The notes: a model not told the origin generated them from the letters alone. A stretch of DNA of 64,000 nt from Eledone cirrhosa (GCA_964016885.1 OZ024741.1:356128001-356192000), one strand, 5' to 3'; shown: positions 1-15,893, numbered from the stretch's first letter. A program made the numbers and translations.

Positions 1-840
1 AGATAGGCATAATATTAAATACATGAACGGTAATCATATATATGAGGACATGAATATTAATCGTATTTTTATGTATATATACTGTGAAATTTTTATAACA
101 CAAGAAATGTATAGAAGTGATCAAGTGAAATCATTTGTGTGTCTATATTATTGACTTGAGTAGACATAATTTCTTTTTTCAGGACGTACATATGTGTGTA
201 TATATATATACATATTTGTATCCGTATTTTTATAAATAGGGTCTTTTTTGAAGGTTTTAACTCAGATTTTGGTATATTGACCTCAAGGTTTTAAACTAAA
301 CATATGGTCATTATTGAACAATGTTATTTTCTCATATTATATATCTATGTCCCATTCATGAATATTGATATTTACATTTATATTATTCATTTCATATGAA
401 TTGTTAACTCAACTTAATATGACATGATGTAAAGTTGTCAATATATCCCCCTCTCTCTATATAGTATTTCCTCTCTCTTGAGTTTTTCTATCTGTATGAT
501 GAATTATTATCTCTCTGTTGCTTTCTTTTGTTTTTCTTATTTCTTCCTTTTTTCTTTCTTTTTTCTTTCTTTTTTATTTCTTTTTTATTTCCTCCTATCT
601 ATTTATATCTTTCTTTTCTACATACATTTATCTCTCTCTCCGGTATTTCTCCAGGTTTTCTTTTTTCTCTCTCTCCTTCTTTTTCTCTCTCCTTCTCTCT
701 CTCCGTCTTTTTCTAACTGTGCTTAACACTATAACTAATAAAATAATTATAAACATCTCACTATCCAGACAGCTTCCAAAAATAATGGTTGCATCTAATA
801 GGGTACGTCAAAATTATTTATAAAACTGTTTATATATTGT

Positions 841-900
841 ATTTTATCTGATGAAGGCATACCATATTTTAATTTGGTATCCCTGAAATATGTATAATGA
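841..900 (+). ncRNA. Hammerhead-like motif of an AT-rich PLE-tail family (also 17791-17850 +, 44848-44908 -)
   Basis: CTGATGA-AGG.ATACCA...TGGTAT.CCT-GAAA-TATG-TA; core and stem II clear, stem I weak. Confidence 0.55.
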
Positions 901-1032
901 AATAAATATGGTTTTATAAATATAGTTTCCATTTATTTAATATCGTATATCTACTCCAAAAACTTGTCGAGTGGTTTATATCAGTTATAAAATATTTACT
1001 TGTTGTATCCCAACAATTTTAAATAGAACTTT

Positions 1033-1082
<50 letters not shown>

Positions 1083-1268
1083 TAAAAGGAATTCAAACTT
1101 TGTCTGATTTACTCGTTTTATTTACAATCTTTTAAAATTTATAATGGTATTATAATGAAATAGTATGATAGAATATTAAATGTTAAGTGTTAATTGAACA
1201 AGTACTTTCATGCTTTCGCAATCTTCAGGTTCATAATGTGTGGTGACAGTCAAGTTTGCAATTTTCAA

Positions 1269-1332
<64 letters not shown>

Positions 1333-1450
1333 TTTATAACGCACCAAAGTACTCAATACTTGAGGTAGTAGAGTACCCACTCTACTACCTCAAGTATTGA
1401 GTACTTTGGTGCGTTATGGTCCACCTGGTTCCTTACCACATTTCCTTCGT

Positions 1451-1507
<57 letters not shown>

Positions 1508-1516
1508 ATGTATATG

Positions 1517-2090
1517 TGTACAACCTGTCTCATGGTCGGGTCGTTGGCGACTAAACTGGCAACCCCACCAAGGTTTCTTGGTGAGGGGGGTGACTTTGGA
1601 CATCCTGCAGGACTAAAAACAAAACCTGTCAAAGGGCAAAGGAGCTCTTAAGAGTCAATGGCCATCCAAAATCACTGGGAGAGATGACCCCTTAGCCTTT
1701 GTCAAGGCAGAATTCTAGGAGAAGAAAAACTCTGATATAACACCTGCAACCCTGATGGTATCCAATGATGTTGACTTGTTCTTCTTTTTGGTAAATATCC
1801 TCTTGGTTAAGAGAGTGGGACTGGCTTTGTGCAGTGCCTTTGCTCACTATAAATGCTTCACGGCACAGGCATTGCTTTGTATCTGGAGATCTCTCTGCAC
1901 TTGTCGTCACATGGTACCAAAGGTAAAGCACTATGTGTCAATAATTGTCACAAGTGTAGTGTTTGTACCAGAGTTTTCAAGTCGCTGGCTGGACTAAAAA
2001 GTCACACTCGTTCAGCGCATCGGTAGGGGTTCTCCTACATGGATATAAAGTAGTGGCCGTACTCGAAAACGAGTTGGCAGCCACCATATG
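1517..2090 (+). mobile_element. Non-autonomous RTE-derived (bipartite) retroelement, family A
   Basis: RTE-like 5' segment (TAGGAGAAG.AAAACTCTGA) joined to a 3' end encoding CSVCTRVFKSLAGLKSHTRSAH* (C2H2) and a (TATG)n tail; near-identical copies at 31511 and 52402. Confidence 0.75.
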
Positions 2091-2189
2091 TATATGTATA
2101 TATATACTGTATATATAGACTGTATGTGTATATGTATGTTTATGTGTATATGTATATATAGACTGTGTGTATATATATATATACACACA

Positions 2190-3034
<845 letters not shown>

Positions 3035-3041
3035 GACTCGA

Positions 3042-3076
<35 letters not shown>

Positions 3077-3197
3077 GACTCGACTGTACATATATATATC
3101 CCACTTTCAAGCGTGAAACTAGTATTAACATTTGTACTGCCTCTTCGCTTCCACGTTGTTTTTTTTTAATTTTGTTTACTGTCTCAACTATAATATT

Positions 3198-3277
<80 letters not shown>

Positions 3278-3639
3278 GTCATTGGGAAATGTCGCTGGTC
3301 ATGCATAACCATCCTGTTGTGATGGCAACAAACATATGAATCTCTTTACTTATTAAGTTCTAGTAGGAGATGTATCAGCCTTCTGATTGGTTGATTTTGT
3401 AGGCTCTTGGGTAACGCTTAATTTTTGACAGATACTTAATTGTTGACAATACTTGATTGTTGACAGATTTACTGCCACATCTCAGCATGTGGTCCATTAC
3501 TTCCTCTACAATCGTTAATTACTTTGCTGTTGGTCAGATCGACATTGGCGCCATTGTGTCTAACAAAGAAGGCAGTATTTGTGGCTTGCCTTTATGATGG
3601 AAGTCTCGTCATTGTTGCGATCATCCCATAATTAACTCG

Positions 3640-4730
3640 ATAGCACATAGTATATCAAAATATCCTGCCTATCTTCTAATCTAGAGATTTTTAACGAACA
3701 CGCAAACTACTATAATATAGCTTTACATAAGGCAAGCCACAAGGAGGAACTCAAATACATACCAGATAGAGACAGCAGCAACAAACCTAACGACAGCTAC
3801 ACTACCCGCACCCATAGGAATAACAAATATGGAACTAAACATGGAAATAGACAACGAACACCAGAAATAACCGAACACTAATATAGGGACCCCTAGGAAC
3901 TATAGAAAATCCAGAGATAGGAAATACTTATCGTTCAATCCAATCTTCAACTCCTCTATAAAAACCAACCTACCTTCTACATTCTTTAAGCTAATTGACA
4001 GACACTTCCCTAAACTACACAAATACCATAGAATCTTTAACAGAAAAACTATCAAACTCTCTTACTCTACTGAAGCCAACCTAGAATCACACATACATAA
4101 AATCAGCTATAGAAGAATCTCTAAGGAAAATAACCTACCAACATACACCATAGCACCAAATATAAAACGCAAACACATAACAACATCACATCCACACACA
4201 CGCCAGGGCGCATCGCAACAAAACATCAATAAACCTAAATCTCAGCCCATCCATAACAACATACAAAACCGCAACGGAGAACCTGCACACAGGAAGGCTT
4301 CCAACTGTAACTGCCACCTGTCGGATAAATGCCCAATACAAAATAGATGCCTGGAATCAAGTATAGTGTACCTGTGTACTATCAATTCGGGCAACTTAGC
4401 ATGGCACTATATAGGTTCTACGGCTGGGGATTTCAAAAAAAGATGGTATGTACATAGACATTCTATGAAAACCCGTAGACTAGAGAACTCAGCAACGCCG
4501 GGCCAGTAAAATCTGGCAGCTTAAGGACACCAACCAGGAATATAGGATTAGCTGGTCGAAATTATCGGGAGCAAGGGCCTACGATAATGGAATGTCCCAC
4601 TGCGGACTTTGCAATATGGAGCTGTTCCATATTTTAAAGTATGATAAATGCTTCTTAACAACAAAATAAAACGATCAATTTTCTGTAGACACAAAACAGC
4701 TACCAAGTTCAACAACTTCAAACCAGCATG
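3640..4730 (+). pseudogene. Degenerate PLE (C-terminal RT region + GIY-YIG) of a second family
   Basis: Hand translation FNPIFNSSIKTNL..FFKLIDRHFP..HKYHRIFNRKTIKLSYS and CNCH..DKCPIQNRCL..SIVYLC...YIGST..FKKRW, with stops. Confidence 0.8.
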
Positions 4731-5478
4731 ATTCGATCCAGCAATCTCAGAATTCAAGCAGAACCACCCGGATTTAATGTACCAGCTCCACACCACCCCA
4801 CTGTTGTTAGCTATCAACTGATCAACTGGTCATTAAATCAACATCATAAATCTCCCAACCTTTCTTTCACTCTCTCTCCCTATAGCCACATCACCTCCAT
4901 TAAGATAAACAATCACTCTGCCCGACATTAACCACCAATATATTAACACCACCCCTTTCACTTTTTATTCTCTATCCATCTATCTACTCCTTCCCCGCCC
5001 TTAGCCCTACCCCTTATATCTCATCCTCGTATCATCATCCCCACTCTGTCTCCTGTCCCTTATCTCTTCCCCTCTCACTTAATTTTTATTTATTATCTTT
5101 TATCTGTTATTTGTTATTTTTTATTTCTTAATTTTTTTACTCTAATCCTCTGGGATTTGACCTCTACATATGTATTTAATGTTTCTTTTTATGTTATTGT
5201 TACCTCTACCGTCACCACTACTTTACACAGAGAAAAATACTGCAGGTAGCACATGGATAACATGTAATAAAATAAGTCCCTCATCAGTGATTTGCCGAAG
5301 ATCATAGATATTTCATTGCATTAAAAATCATATATCTCACGTCGGTGCAATAATAACCAAAATAAGTTATTAGGACAATTAAAACGCGTAAAGCGAGTGA
5401 GACAGGAGAACAACAAAGAGTATAGCTAACCGTAGGGGAAAGAAACAAGCTTCAAAAATTATTCTGTTTAGCATAAGC

Positions 5479-5553
<75 letters not shown>

Positions 5554-5974
5554 GTGTGTGGGTTTGCTCATCCGCGATGGTACGTCTCCGGCGCTACTAT
5601 CCACCACAACACAGCATATACACACACCATCAACGCCACAGGTTGTCACCACAACCTCCGTACGACTTTCACTCGTCTCGCCGACTTTCTCATTCGCCTA
5701 CCACACATTGCTTCCATCGCAATCCCTTAACTTCATCTGACCACTGTATCTAACCCCCACCTTTCAGTTCTTCCTTACAACTCTTCCACCACCATCACTT
5801 CCCCCACCAAACACACACACACACTCCACTACCTACCTTCATTTATCTCTATTCCATTTTAACCTCCGCCGCCAGCGTTACCGCCCACTACCGCACGGCG
5901 TTGATTCGTTCGCACTGACGTCTTCCTTCCACCTCTCTCCCCTACACATTTTTCTGATCGTTAAATATAACACA

Positions 5975-8900
5975 CACCCTCACACAGCCTAGTTATTCCT
6001 TAGAACACTGCCACGAATCTCTCACACACCCACACACCCTAGTTATTCCTTAGAACTCTGCCACCCCCATCCCACACACCCACACACCCTAGTTCTTCCT
6101 TAGAACTCTGCCACCCCCATCTCACACACCCACACACCCTAGTTATTTCTTAGAACTCTGCCACCCCCATTTCACACAGCCACACACCCTAGTTATTCCT
6201 TAGAACTCTGCCACCCCCATCTCAGACACCCACACACACTATTTATTCCTTAGAACTCTGCCACCCCCATCCCACACACCCACACACCCTAGTTCTTCCT
6301 TAGAACTCTGCCACCACTCTCTCACACACCCACACACCATAGTTATTCCTTAGAACTCTGCCACCCCCATCCCACACACACTATTTATTCCTTAGAACTC
6401 TGCCACCCCCATCTCTCACACAGCCACACACCCTAGTTCTTCCTTAGAACTCTGCCACCCCCATCTCACATACCCACACACCCTAGTTCTTCCTTAGAAC
6501 TCTGCCACCCCCATCCCACACACCCACACACACTATTTATTCCTTAGAACTCTGCCACCCCCATCTCACACAACCACACACCCTAGTTATTCCTTAGAAC
6601 TCTGCCACCCCCATCTCACACAACCCACACACCCTAGTTCTTCCTTAGAACACTGCCAGCCTCATCTCACACACCCACACACCCACACACCCTAGTTATT
6701 CCTTAGAACTCTGCCACCCACATCCCACAAACCCATACACCCTAGTTATTCCTTAGAACACTGCCAGCCTCATCTCACACACCCACACACCCTAGTTATT
6801 CCTTAGAACTCTGCCACCCACTTCCCACAAACCCACACACCCTAGTTATTCCTTAGAACTCTGCCACCCACATCCCACATACCCATACACCCTAGTTCTT
6901 CCTTAGAACTCTGCCACCCCCATATCACACACCCACACACCCTAGTTCTTTCTTAGAACTCTGCCACCCCTATTTCACACACCCACACACCCTAGTTATT
7001 TCTTAGAACTCTGCCACCCCATCACACACACCCACACACTCTAGTTCTTCCTTAGAACTCTGCCAGCACTCTCTCACACACCCACACATCCTAGTTCTTC
7101 CTTAGAACTCTGCCACCCCCATCCCACACACCACACACCCTAGTTATTCCTTAGAACTCTGCCACCCCCGTCTCACACACCCACACACCCTAGTTATTCC
7201 TTAGAACTCTGCCACCCCCATCACACACACCCACACACTCTAGTTCTTCCTTAGAACTCTGCCAACCCCATCCCACACACCCACACACAATAGTTATTCC
7301 TTAGAACTCTGCCACCCCCATCTCACGCACCCACACATCCTAGTTATTCCTTAGAACACTGCCAGCCTCATCTCACACACCCACACACCCTAGTTATTCC
7401 TTAGAACTCTGCCACCCACATCCCACATACCCATACACCCTAGTTATTCCTTAGAACTCTGCCACCCCCATCTCTCACACACCCACACACCCTAGTTCTT
7501 CCTTAGAACTCTGCCACCACTCTCTCACACACCCACACACCATAGTTATTGCTTAGAACTCTGCGCCACCCATCTCACACACCCACACACCCTAATTATT
7601 CTTAGAACTCTGCCACCCCATCCCACACACCCACACACCCTAGTTCTTCCTTAGAACTCTGCAACCCCCATCATACACACCCACACACCCTAGTTCTTCC
7701 TTAGAACTCTGCCACCACTCTCTCACACACCCACACACCATAGTTATTGCTTAGAACTCTGCGCCACCCATCTCACACACCCACACACCCTAATTATTCT
7801 TAGAACTCTGCCACCCGCATCTCACACACCCACACACCCTAGTTATTCCTTAGAACTCTGCCACCCCATCCCACACACCCACACACCCTAGTACTTCTTA
7901 GAATTCTGTCACCCCGATCTCACACACCCACACACCCTAGTTATTCCTTAGAACTCTGCCACCCCCACCCCACACACCCACACACCCTAGTTCTTCCTTA
8001 GAACTCTGCCACCCCCATCGCACACACCCACACACCCTAGTTCTTCCTTAGAACTCTGCCACCCCCATCTCACATACCCACACACCCTAGTTATTCCTTA
8101 GAACTCTGCCACCCCCATCCCACACACCCACACACCCTAGTTCTTCCTTAGAACTCTGCCACCCCCATCTCACATACCCACACACCCTAGTTCTTCCTTA
8201 GAACTCTGCCACCCCCATCCCACACCCACACACCCTAGTTCTTCCTTAGAACTCTGCCACCCCCATCTCACATACCCACACACCCAGGTTATTCCTTAGA
8301 ACTCTGCCACCACTCTCTCACACACCCACACACCCTAGTTATTCCTTAGAACTCTGCCACCCCCATCCCACACACCCACACACCCTAGTTCTTCCTTAGA
8401 ACTCTGCCACCCCCATTTCACACACCCACACACCCTAGTTATTTCTTAGAACTCTACCACCCCCATTTCACACAGCCACACACCCTAGTTATTCCTTAGA
8501 ACTCTGCCACCCCCATCTCAGACACCCACACACACTATTTATTCCTTAGAACTCTGCCACCCCCATCCCACACACCCACACACCCTGGTTCTTCCTTAGA
8601 ACTCTGCCACCCCCATCTCTCACACACCCACACACCCTAGTTCTTCCTTAGAACTCTGCCACCCCCATCCCACATACCCACACACCCTAGTTCTTCCTTA
8701 GAACTCTGCCACCCCCATCCCACACACCCACACACCCTAGTTCTTCCTTAGAACTCTGCCACCCCCATCCCACACACCCACACACCCTAGTTATTCCTTA
8801 GAACTCTGCCACCCCCATCCCACATACCCACACACCCTAGTTCTTCCTTAGAACTCTGCCACCCCCATCCCACACACCCACACACACTATTTATTCCTTA

Positions 8901-9935
8901 GAACTCTGCCACCCCCATCTCTCACACAGCCACACACCCTAGTTCTTCCTTAGAACTCTGCCACCCCCCTCTTACATACCCACACACCCTAGTTCTTCCT
9001 TAGAACTCTGCCACCCCCATCCCACACACCCACACACCCTAGTTCTTCCTTAGAACTCTGCCACCCCCATCCCACACACCCACACACCCTAGTTATTCCT
9101 TAGAACTCTGCCACCCCCATCCCACATACCCACACACCCTAGTTCTTCCTTAGAACTCTGCCACCCCCATCCCACACACCCACACACACTATTTATTCCT
9201 TAGAACTCTGCCACCCCCATCTCTCACACACCCACACACCCTAGTTCTTCCTTAGAACTCTGCCACCCCCATCCCACATACTCACACACCCTAGTTCTTC
9301 CTTAGAACTCTGCCACCCCCATCCCACACACCCACACACACTATTTATTCCTTAGAACTCTGCCACCCCCATCTCTCACACAGCCACACACCCTAGTTCT
9401 TCCTTAGAACTCTGCCACCCCCATCTCACATACCCACACACCCTAGTTCTTCCTTAGAACTCTGCCACCCCCATCCCACACACCCACACACACTATTTAT
9501 TCCTTAGAACTCTGCCACCCCCATCTCTCACACAGCCACACACCCTAGTTCTTCCTTAGAACTCTGCCACCCCCATCTTACATACCCACACACCCTAGTT
9601 CTTCCTTAGAACTCTGCCACCCCCATCCCACACACCCACACACCCTAGTTCTTCCTTAGAACTCTGCCACCCCCATCCCACACACCCACACACCCTAGTT
9701 CTTCCTTGGAACTCTGCCACCCCCATCTCTCACACATCCACACACCCTAGTTCTTCCTTAGAACTCTGCCACCCCCATCCCACATACCCACACACCCTAG
9801 TTCTTCCTTAGAACTCTGCCACCCCCATCCCACACCCCCACACACACTATTTATTCCTTAGAACTCTGCCACCCCCATCTCACACAACCCACACACCCTA
9901 GTTCTTCCTTAGAACTCTGCCAGCACTCTGTCACA
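5975..9935. repeat. ~50-bp minisatellite, roughly 79 units
   Basis: Unit CACACACCCTAGTT(A/C)TTCCTTAGAACTCTGCCACCCCCATC(C/T)CACACACC recurs at 6031, 6081, 6131 and onward; embedded in a longer repeat (~5555-10815) ending in a degenerate hammerhead (~10696-10720). Confidence 0.97.
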
Positions 9936-10427
9936 CACACACATGCACACACGCACTCCCTGCAATTACCCACAATTTCTTTCTTTATCCCATTTCACTA
10001 CAGCTTTGCCTTTCTACCCGGATACATTTATTCCATTCAACATGGGCTTCGTGACTTTCGAACTCCTGGATTATACCCACTTCGTGGACTACGCACATGC
10101 CGTCATGTACACACATATAGATGCAACCACACAAACACACCAACACACGCACACACAAACATGCATACGCTCACACGTAAACACCTATACCAGAATACGC
10201 CCGCGCACACATATGTATGAAGACACACCTCCACCAACAACACACTTAACATCCACACACAAGCAAACGCACCATAACATGCACCCCACCAACACACAAA
10301 CATCTACAGCACGTCTGCCTTCCTCAGCCCGACTCCACGACGTCGGACCCCCCCCCCCCCGCCTCTCTACTTCTTTATATTTTAATTTTCATTTTTGTAA
10401 TTTCTTCCTAACAATATTTCACTGCCA

Positions 10428-10617
10428 AGGGCAGTGGTTTGGCAGTATCGGTAGAGCGTCAGACACCATGTTTTGCAGCATAGTTATGGCCCTTTGCATT
10501 CTGAGTTCAAATCCGCCGAGGTTAACTTTGCCTTTCATCCTTACTGGGTCGATAAAATAAAGTACCAGTGGTGCACTGGGGTAAACGCTGGCCTTGTGCC
10601 AAAAGTAGAAACAATTA
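10428..10617 (+). repeat. tRNA-derived SINE, most abundant family in the window
   Basis: TCTGAGTTCAAAT.CCGCCGAGGT..ACTTTGCCTTTCATCCTT..GGGGTCGATAAAATAAAGTACCAGT core; full or partial copies at ~27120-27280, 28290-28410, 28925-29290, 34880-35005, 40370-40440, 42870-43070, 43550-43680, 44050-44245, 47080-47195, 57840-58155, 60773-60875. Confidence 0.8.
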
Positions 10618-10972
10618 TTTCAACTGCCATTTATTTAATTTTATTGTTTGCATTTTTAACGTTATTTGCTTTGCTATTTTACTTTTCTGCTATTCCTGAT
10701 GAAGGACAAATGCCCGATACATTGATTATGTAACTCATTTTCTTTCTCCAAGCGTGATACTAATACACTTTATGTTATTGCATCCTCTTGTTCGTTCGTT
10801 TCGTGTTTCCTTGACCTATATATATATATATATATAACGAAGGAAATGTGGTAAGGAACCAGGTGTACCATAACGCACCAAAGTACTCAATACTTGAGGT
10901 AGTAGAGTGGATAATAGGAACCAGTAAGATCCCGACAGCTGAGCTCAAGCCGTTTCGACGGCTAATTCTGGA

Positions 10973-11004
<32 letters not shown>

Positions 11005-11059
11005 ATATACAGATACTAACGTAACCACTGTAAACTTCTTAGACGTCAGCCTAGATCAA

Positions 11060-11960
11060 CGCATTCAAACCATTTACAAACCCGAATGGTAGATTCGTCT
11101 ATATTAGTGTGGGATCTTGTCACCCCACAAGTCAAAAACATGAGTAGAATTTTCGGTCTTTAATCTAGCAGAGAAATCATTAATAAAGCAGCCCCTATTA
11201 CAAAGATGCCCTAAAGGCAAGCTGTTTTGAAGAGAAAATCAGCTACGATCCAGCCCAACACCACCGAATAGAAATAGTCACCTTTCTTGTTAAAGATTAA
11301 AACCAATTTCGACAGGGCCTTCTTAGCTTTAATAGGAAAACATTTCCCCATTAACCATATGTATCGAAAGTTATTTAATAGGCATAACCTTAAAATTAAC
11401 TTTAGCTCCATGCCTAACTTAAAAAAGCATAATCACTACTAAACCTCCACTACTTAATGTGGCCGGGTTTCATAGAATAATAGGGATACACGCCTGCAAA
11501 ACAGAGGCTATAATCTATGAGGCAGTCATATAAATCCAGAGCGCACCACCAAATTCGATATGCCATGCTTACGGGACAGTGGATCAAAGAGCAGTATAAT
11601 GACCATACAGTGTTGTTCTGTAACCTGGATAAAAGAAACAACAAAAATTTACAGTTACATGTGGAAACTGAAAGAATGCTCTGTAGACTAAAACATCAGC
11701 TGGAGAATAGCAAAAAGATGCAGGCGCTATATAAACGGAACCAAAAAATGCGAGCTCTACAGCTAAGAAAATGTGGTTAATTTTGTAGAACTCATTGGAG
11801 CCTAATGGCTGCCTAAATACCAGAAGCGAAACATGCAAATCTAGCCCGCGCAGCTCAAAATTCGTCACCATTGGTCTCCACGCAATAAGAAACCAAAAGT
11901 ATGCTAAAATTATTTCATTTCATATGCACCTGATAGCTGCGACAACACCTATCGTGTGAC
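11060..11960 (+). pseudogene. Degenerate PLE relic (same broad type as 3640-4730)
   Basis: Motifs KAAPYYKDAL and IKTNFDRAFLALIGKHFP..HMYRKLFNRHNLKINFSSMPNL, with frameshifts. Confidence 0.7.
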
Positions 11961-12506
11961 TGAAAGGCACAGCCAATGAGTTCCCCGAGGTAACCAGGAA
12001 AATTGACTGAACTTTAGGTCGTATACACCCAGTGGTACACTTAGGTATGAAAGTACCTTTCACATCGTGCATACATGTACACGTGTGAATATGTGTGCAT
12101 ATGTGCGTACATATATCAACATTTCACCTACCACCACTGCTAACAACACCACACAAACAATTCAAGTAAATTTAAGGCACATCTAATCAACTGACGTTAT
12201 AAGTTTTTATGTACACATCGTCATTGTACGTATGAGTGCGAATACATTATAGGTTTAGGATGTGAGTATTTTCACATATCATTGTAGATAATAATTTATC
12301 CTCTACACACACATACAAATACATATATAAATCAGAGCATACAGGATCATATTTTCTGTGCATCATATTGAATTGCATAAAATAATTTTTTTAAAATACT
12401 TTATTAGACTAGAACGGCATTTGAAAGAGAAAAATAACTCTCCAAAACGACAGCACATGATCATTTTATCATATGAACACCGAAAGTAAACAACATTCCG
12501 GAAATA

Positions 12507-12607
12507 CAGGGTGTCCCAAAAATATGTATACATTCTTCAACAGCATTCTAATAAGTATTGCCTGTACAGGCAATGAAAGTGTGTATATATTTTGGGGGGA
12601 CACCCTA
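12507..12607. mobile_element. ~100-bp Tc1/mariner-type MITE
   Basis: TA-CAGGGTGTCCC...GGGACACCCT(A)-TA inverted termini. Confidence 0.65.
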
Positions 12608-12706
12608 TATATGCATTCAAAAGCTGATTACATCAGTATAAAAATCTCTTCTGAATTATAAAACCTCATGAAAGTATTTTGAAGTCATGCATGCATAGAT
12701 CTTTAA

Positions 12707-12841
<135 letters not shown>

Positions 12842-13149
12842 CGCGCGCGTAATGACTCTACCAATTCACTGCCTTTAATTGTGTTTATATATACCGTATA
12901 CGCCGGCATACAAGTCGACATTGGGAGCCTAAAAATATCTCTCAAAAACCAGGGTTTGACTTGTCCGCCGAATATAAAATGCGGAAGTATGCGTGCTCCT
13001 TCAACTGAACTACACCTCAGAATTTTAGGGTCTAACCAATGTGCCGGATCCACTTGTATGCCATCATATAAGGTAAGTTATATCATATGTACCAACTTTA
13101 CTTTTCTATTTCGAATTTTTAAAGAATACTTCAAATTCTAATGTTTAGC

Positions 13150-13344
13150 TTATTGTTTATTTTTTCTCGATATAGTTTTTATTTTTACATTGCTCTTATT
13201 TTCTTGTTCTGTCTTGTTAACTTCTTCGATTGTCTGTGGTAAAACACAGTTTTTAGTTTCTGGTACACAAACTTGAAGCAAAATGGAAGCCAGTATACAT
13301 CCGACTCCTATGATAATACCAGGAGCCCATGGAATAGCGAAAGC
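13150..13344 (-). CDS. SLC22 exon 10 (TM12, C-terminus, stop)
   Basis: AFAIPWAPGIIIGVGCILASILLQVCVPETKNCVLPQTIEEV...KQ*; canonical PETK...LP.TIEE; TTTTCCATCCGCAG acceptor; exon lengths sum to 1725 nt = 574 aa + stop. Confidence 0.93.
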   Translation of the reverse strand, partial: AFAIPWAPGIIIGVGCILASILLQVCVPETKNCVLPQTIEEVNKTEQENKSNVKIKTISRKNKQ

Positions 13345-14191
13345 CTGCGGATGGAAAATTGAGTACATAAATATTGTATAAAACAAATTCATCGACTGAC
13401 ATACTTAACAATTTCACCAAATGGAACTCAGGAAATAATATGATCTTAACCAATGAGGAAAAGCAGGTATAACGAAACTGACTAATACATACAATCAGTA
13501 CACATATATTCACCCCTATAGATGTCCACACATACACATATGTATACAAACACACATATATACACGCTATATAAACACACATATATACACGGCTGTTATA
13601 TATATACATACATATATATATTTATATATATGTGCAACCACGCAGTATTCTTCTGTCTTCTCATGTTTTTTATATATATTTACCTCGGCTGCGTTTGTCT
13701 GTTTCTCTCTTACTGCTTCCCCGTTCTCTTCTCTCTCTTTCTCTCACCTTCTTTCGCCCCTCTGTCAGTTACACTTTCTCTCGACTGACCGCTTCCTCGC
13801 ACTTCCACTCACTCACTCTCTGTTTCTCCCCTTCTCACTTCCTCCCGTTTGGCTTACAGTGGGTCTCTTCTTGCTTACATCTCACTCACGTCGGACGTCT
13901 GTACCTTTCGCTCATGAAATCCACCCAGCTTATGCCGACCAGGACTACCATGTTGCTTGTTTTTTTTCCTTTCTTTGGTTTGCTTTTATCCTTCTATGTT
14001 GTTTACTTGTCCCCCTCGCTTTACGCGATTTACTGGTCCCAATAACTTTTTTTAGTTATTGCTCGCACCAACCTGGGGTATATGATTTTTAATGCGATGA
14101 AATACCAATGATGGTTGGAAAATCACTGACGAAGAACTATTTTTATCATATGTAACCCATGTGCAACCACGCAGTATTCTTCTTTCTTCTC

Positions 14192-14311
<120 letters not shown>

Positions 14312-14361
14312 CAGGGTGAAACATTTGTTCTCGGTATGGTGAACTTACTGTTGTAATACTT

Positions 14362-14419
<58 letters not shown>

Positions 14420-14780
14420 TATATTTATATATATATATAAATATATGGTGTGGCTGCAAACTCTGCTAAGAGTATTGCATTCGCTTGTCAGGTTACAGAA
14501 AATGGTGCACCTTTAGGTTACGGCCAGCCGCACGAACCTGTAACAGATCCTGAACAAGCAATTCCTAGGCTTTGAAGGTTTTTTAAGTGGAGGAATGTCT
14601 TGCACTCGACTAATCCCACTCTCTGAGCATCGAAAACACTTCCCGAAAAGGAGAACTTGTCATCATCATCGGATGCTTCCGAAGCCGCATGTTTTTGTTT
14701 TTTTTAAGAGTTTCCCTCTCCTAGAAAGGTGTTGTGACAACAACTGGGGGCCTTTCACTGTCTTGTATTTCATCCCCCCC

Positions 14781-14829
<49 letters not shown>

Positions 14830-15027
14830 TATATATATATATATAGACAGTCAAATCGGACCGAGTAAACAATGTTTCCATTGGTCTTTCTATTTGTTAA
14901 TACTATCTATCGGTCGCAACTCCAGGTAGAAGGAGCAGCATGAAATAAAGTGTCTTGCTCAATGACATAACACATCACTCGGTCAGGGAACCTCATGATT
15001 GCGAATCCACTATATATATATATATAA

Positions 15028-15105
<78 letters not shown>

Positions 15106-15235
15106 GCGTAATCTGAATTTTTCGAATATTAATAATAATATTCAATTCGTTTGCAATTATGTAAACAAACCTCATTTTAAAGCCATGTCAGTAGAATGAG
15201 CCCTTCATTCTTGCTTTTGTGTTGACATGTAAACA

Positions 15236-15285
15236 AAACTGCAGACACTAATGTTTCTGGGTATTACCCTTCATCAGTACAGTTT
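15236..15285 (-). ncRNA. Minimal type-I hammerhead ribozyme motif
   Basis: Minus strand AAACTGTA-CTGATGA-AGGGTAATACCCA-GAAA-CATTAGTG-TC-TGCAGTTT. Confidence 0.8.
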
Positions 15286-15474
15286 ACTGTTCACCTGCCA
15301 ACTGTAGAGCTAGTGAAAATGTATGATATTTTCTAAAATATACAGTGACTGATCAGCCTGATTTGCATATTAGCAGACTGGCTGATCAGTCAGATCTGCA
15401 TATTTATATATATATATATATATATAAATATGCAGATCTGACCTAGAGTCAAGGTTTTTTCTCATTTAATTCTA

Positions 15475-15508
<34 letters not shown>

Positions 15509-15893
15509 ATATATATATATTAGAATTAAATGAGAAAAAACTTTGATTCTAGAAGTATAGAAAAGACAGACCAACATTTTTACAATCCAACTTTGCATAT
15601 ATATAGATGTCCCTACCATCGTATAATTCTTCCGCACACGAAACTATGGTTTCGAAGTTAGATAGAAAAACTTTTTCGTCTACCTAATACCCAGAATTAG
15701 TGTTTTTTCTCATTTAATTTTAGTTTTTAATATTGCTTCTCTGAGAGATTTCTTTCATTGATATGAGATGTTTCGGTATTAGAGACTAATTAACCTTTAA
15801 TTAATATATGTGTGTGTGTTTATATATATAAACAACACAAAAAAACAAGATGGTGTAGGACAAAACAAAGGAGAGACACAAAATAACAAATTA

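Noticed and set aside
5975-9935. CRISPR-like array
   Set aside because: Contiguous tandem units with no unique spacers, no cas genes, animal context.
9943-10560. 205-aa ORF
   Set aside because: Runs through low-complexity CA-rich sequence and a SINE; no domain features.
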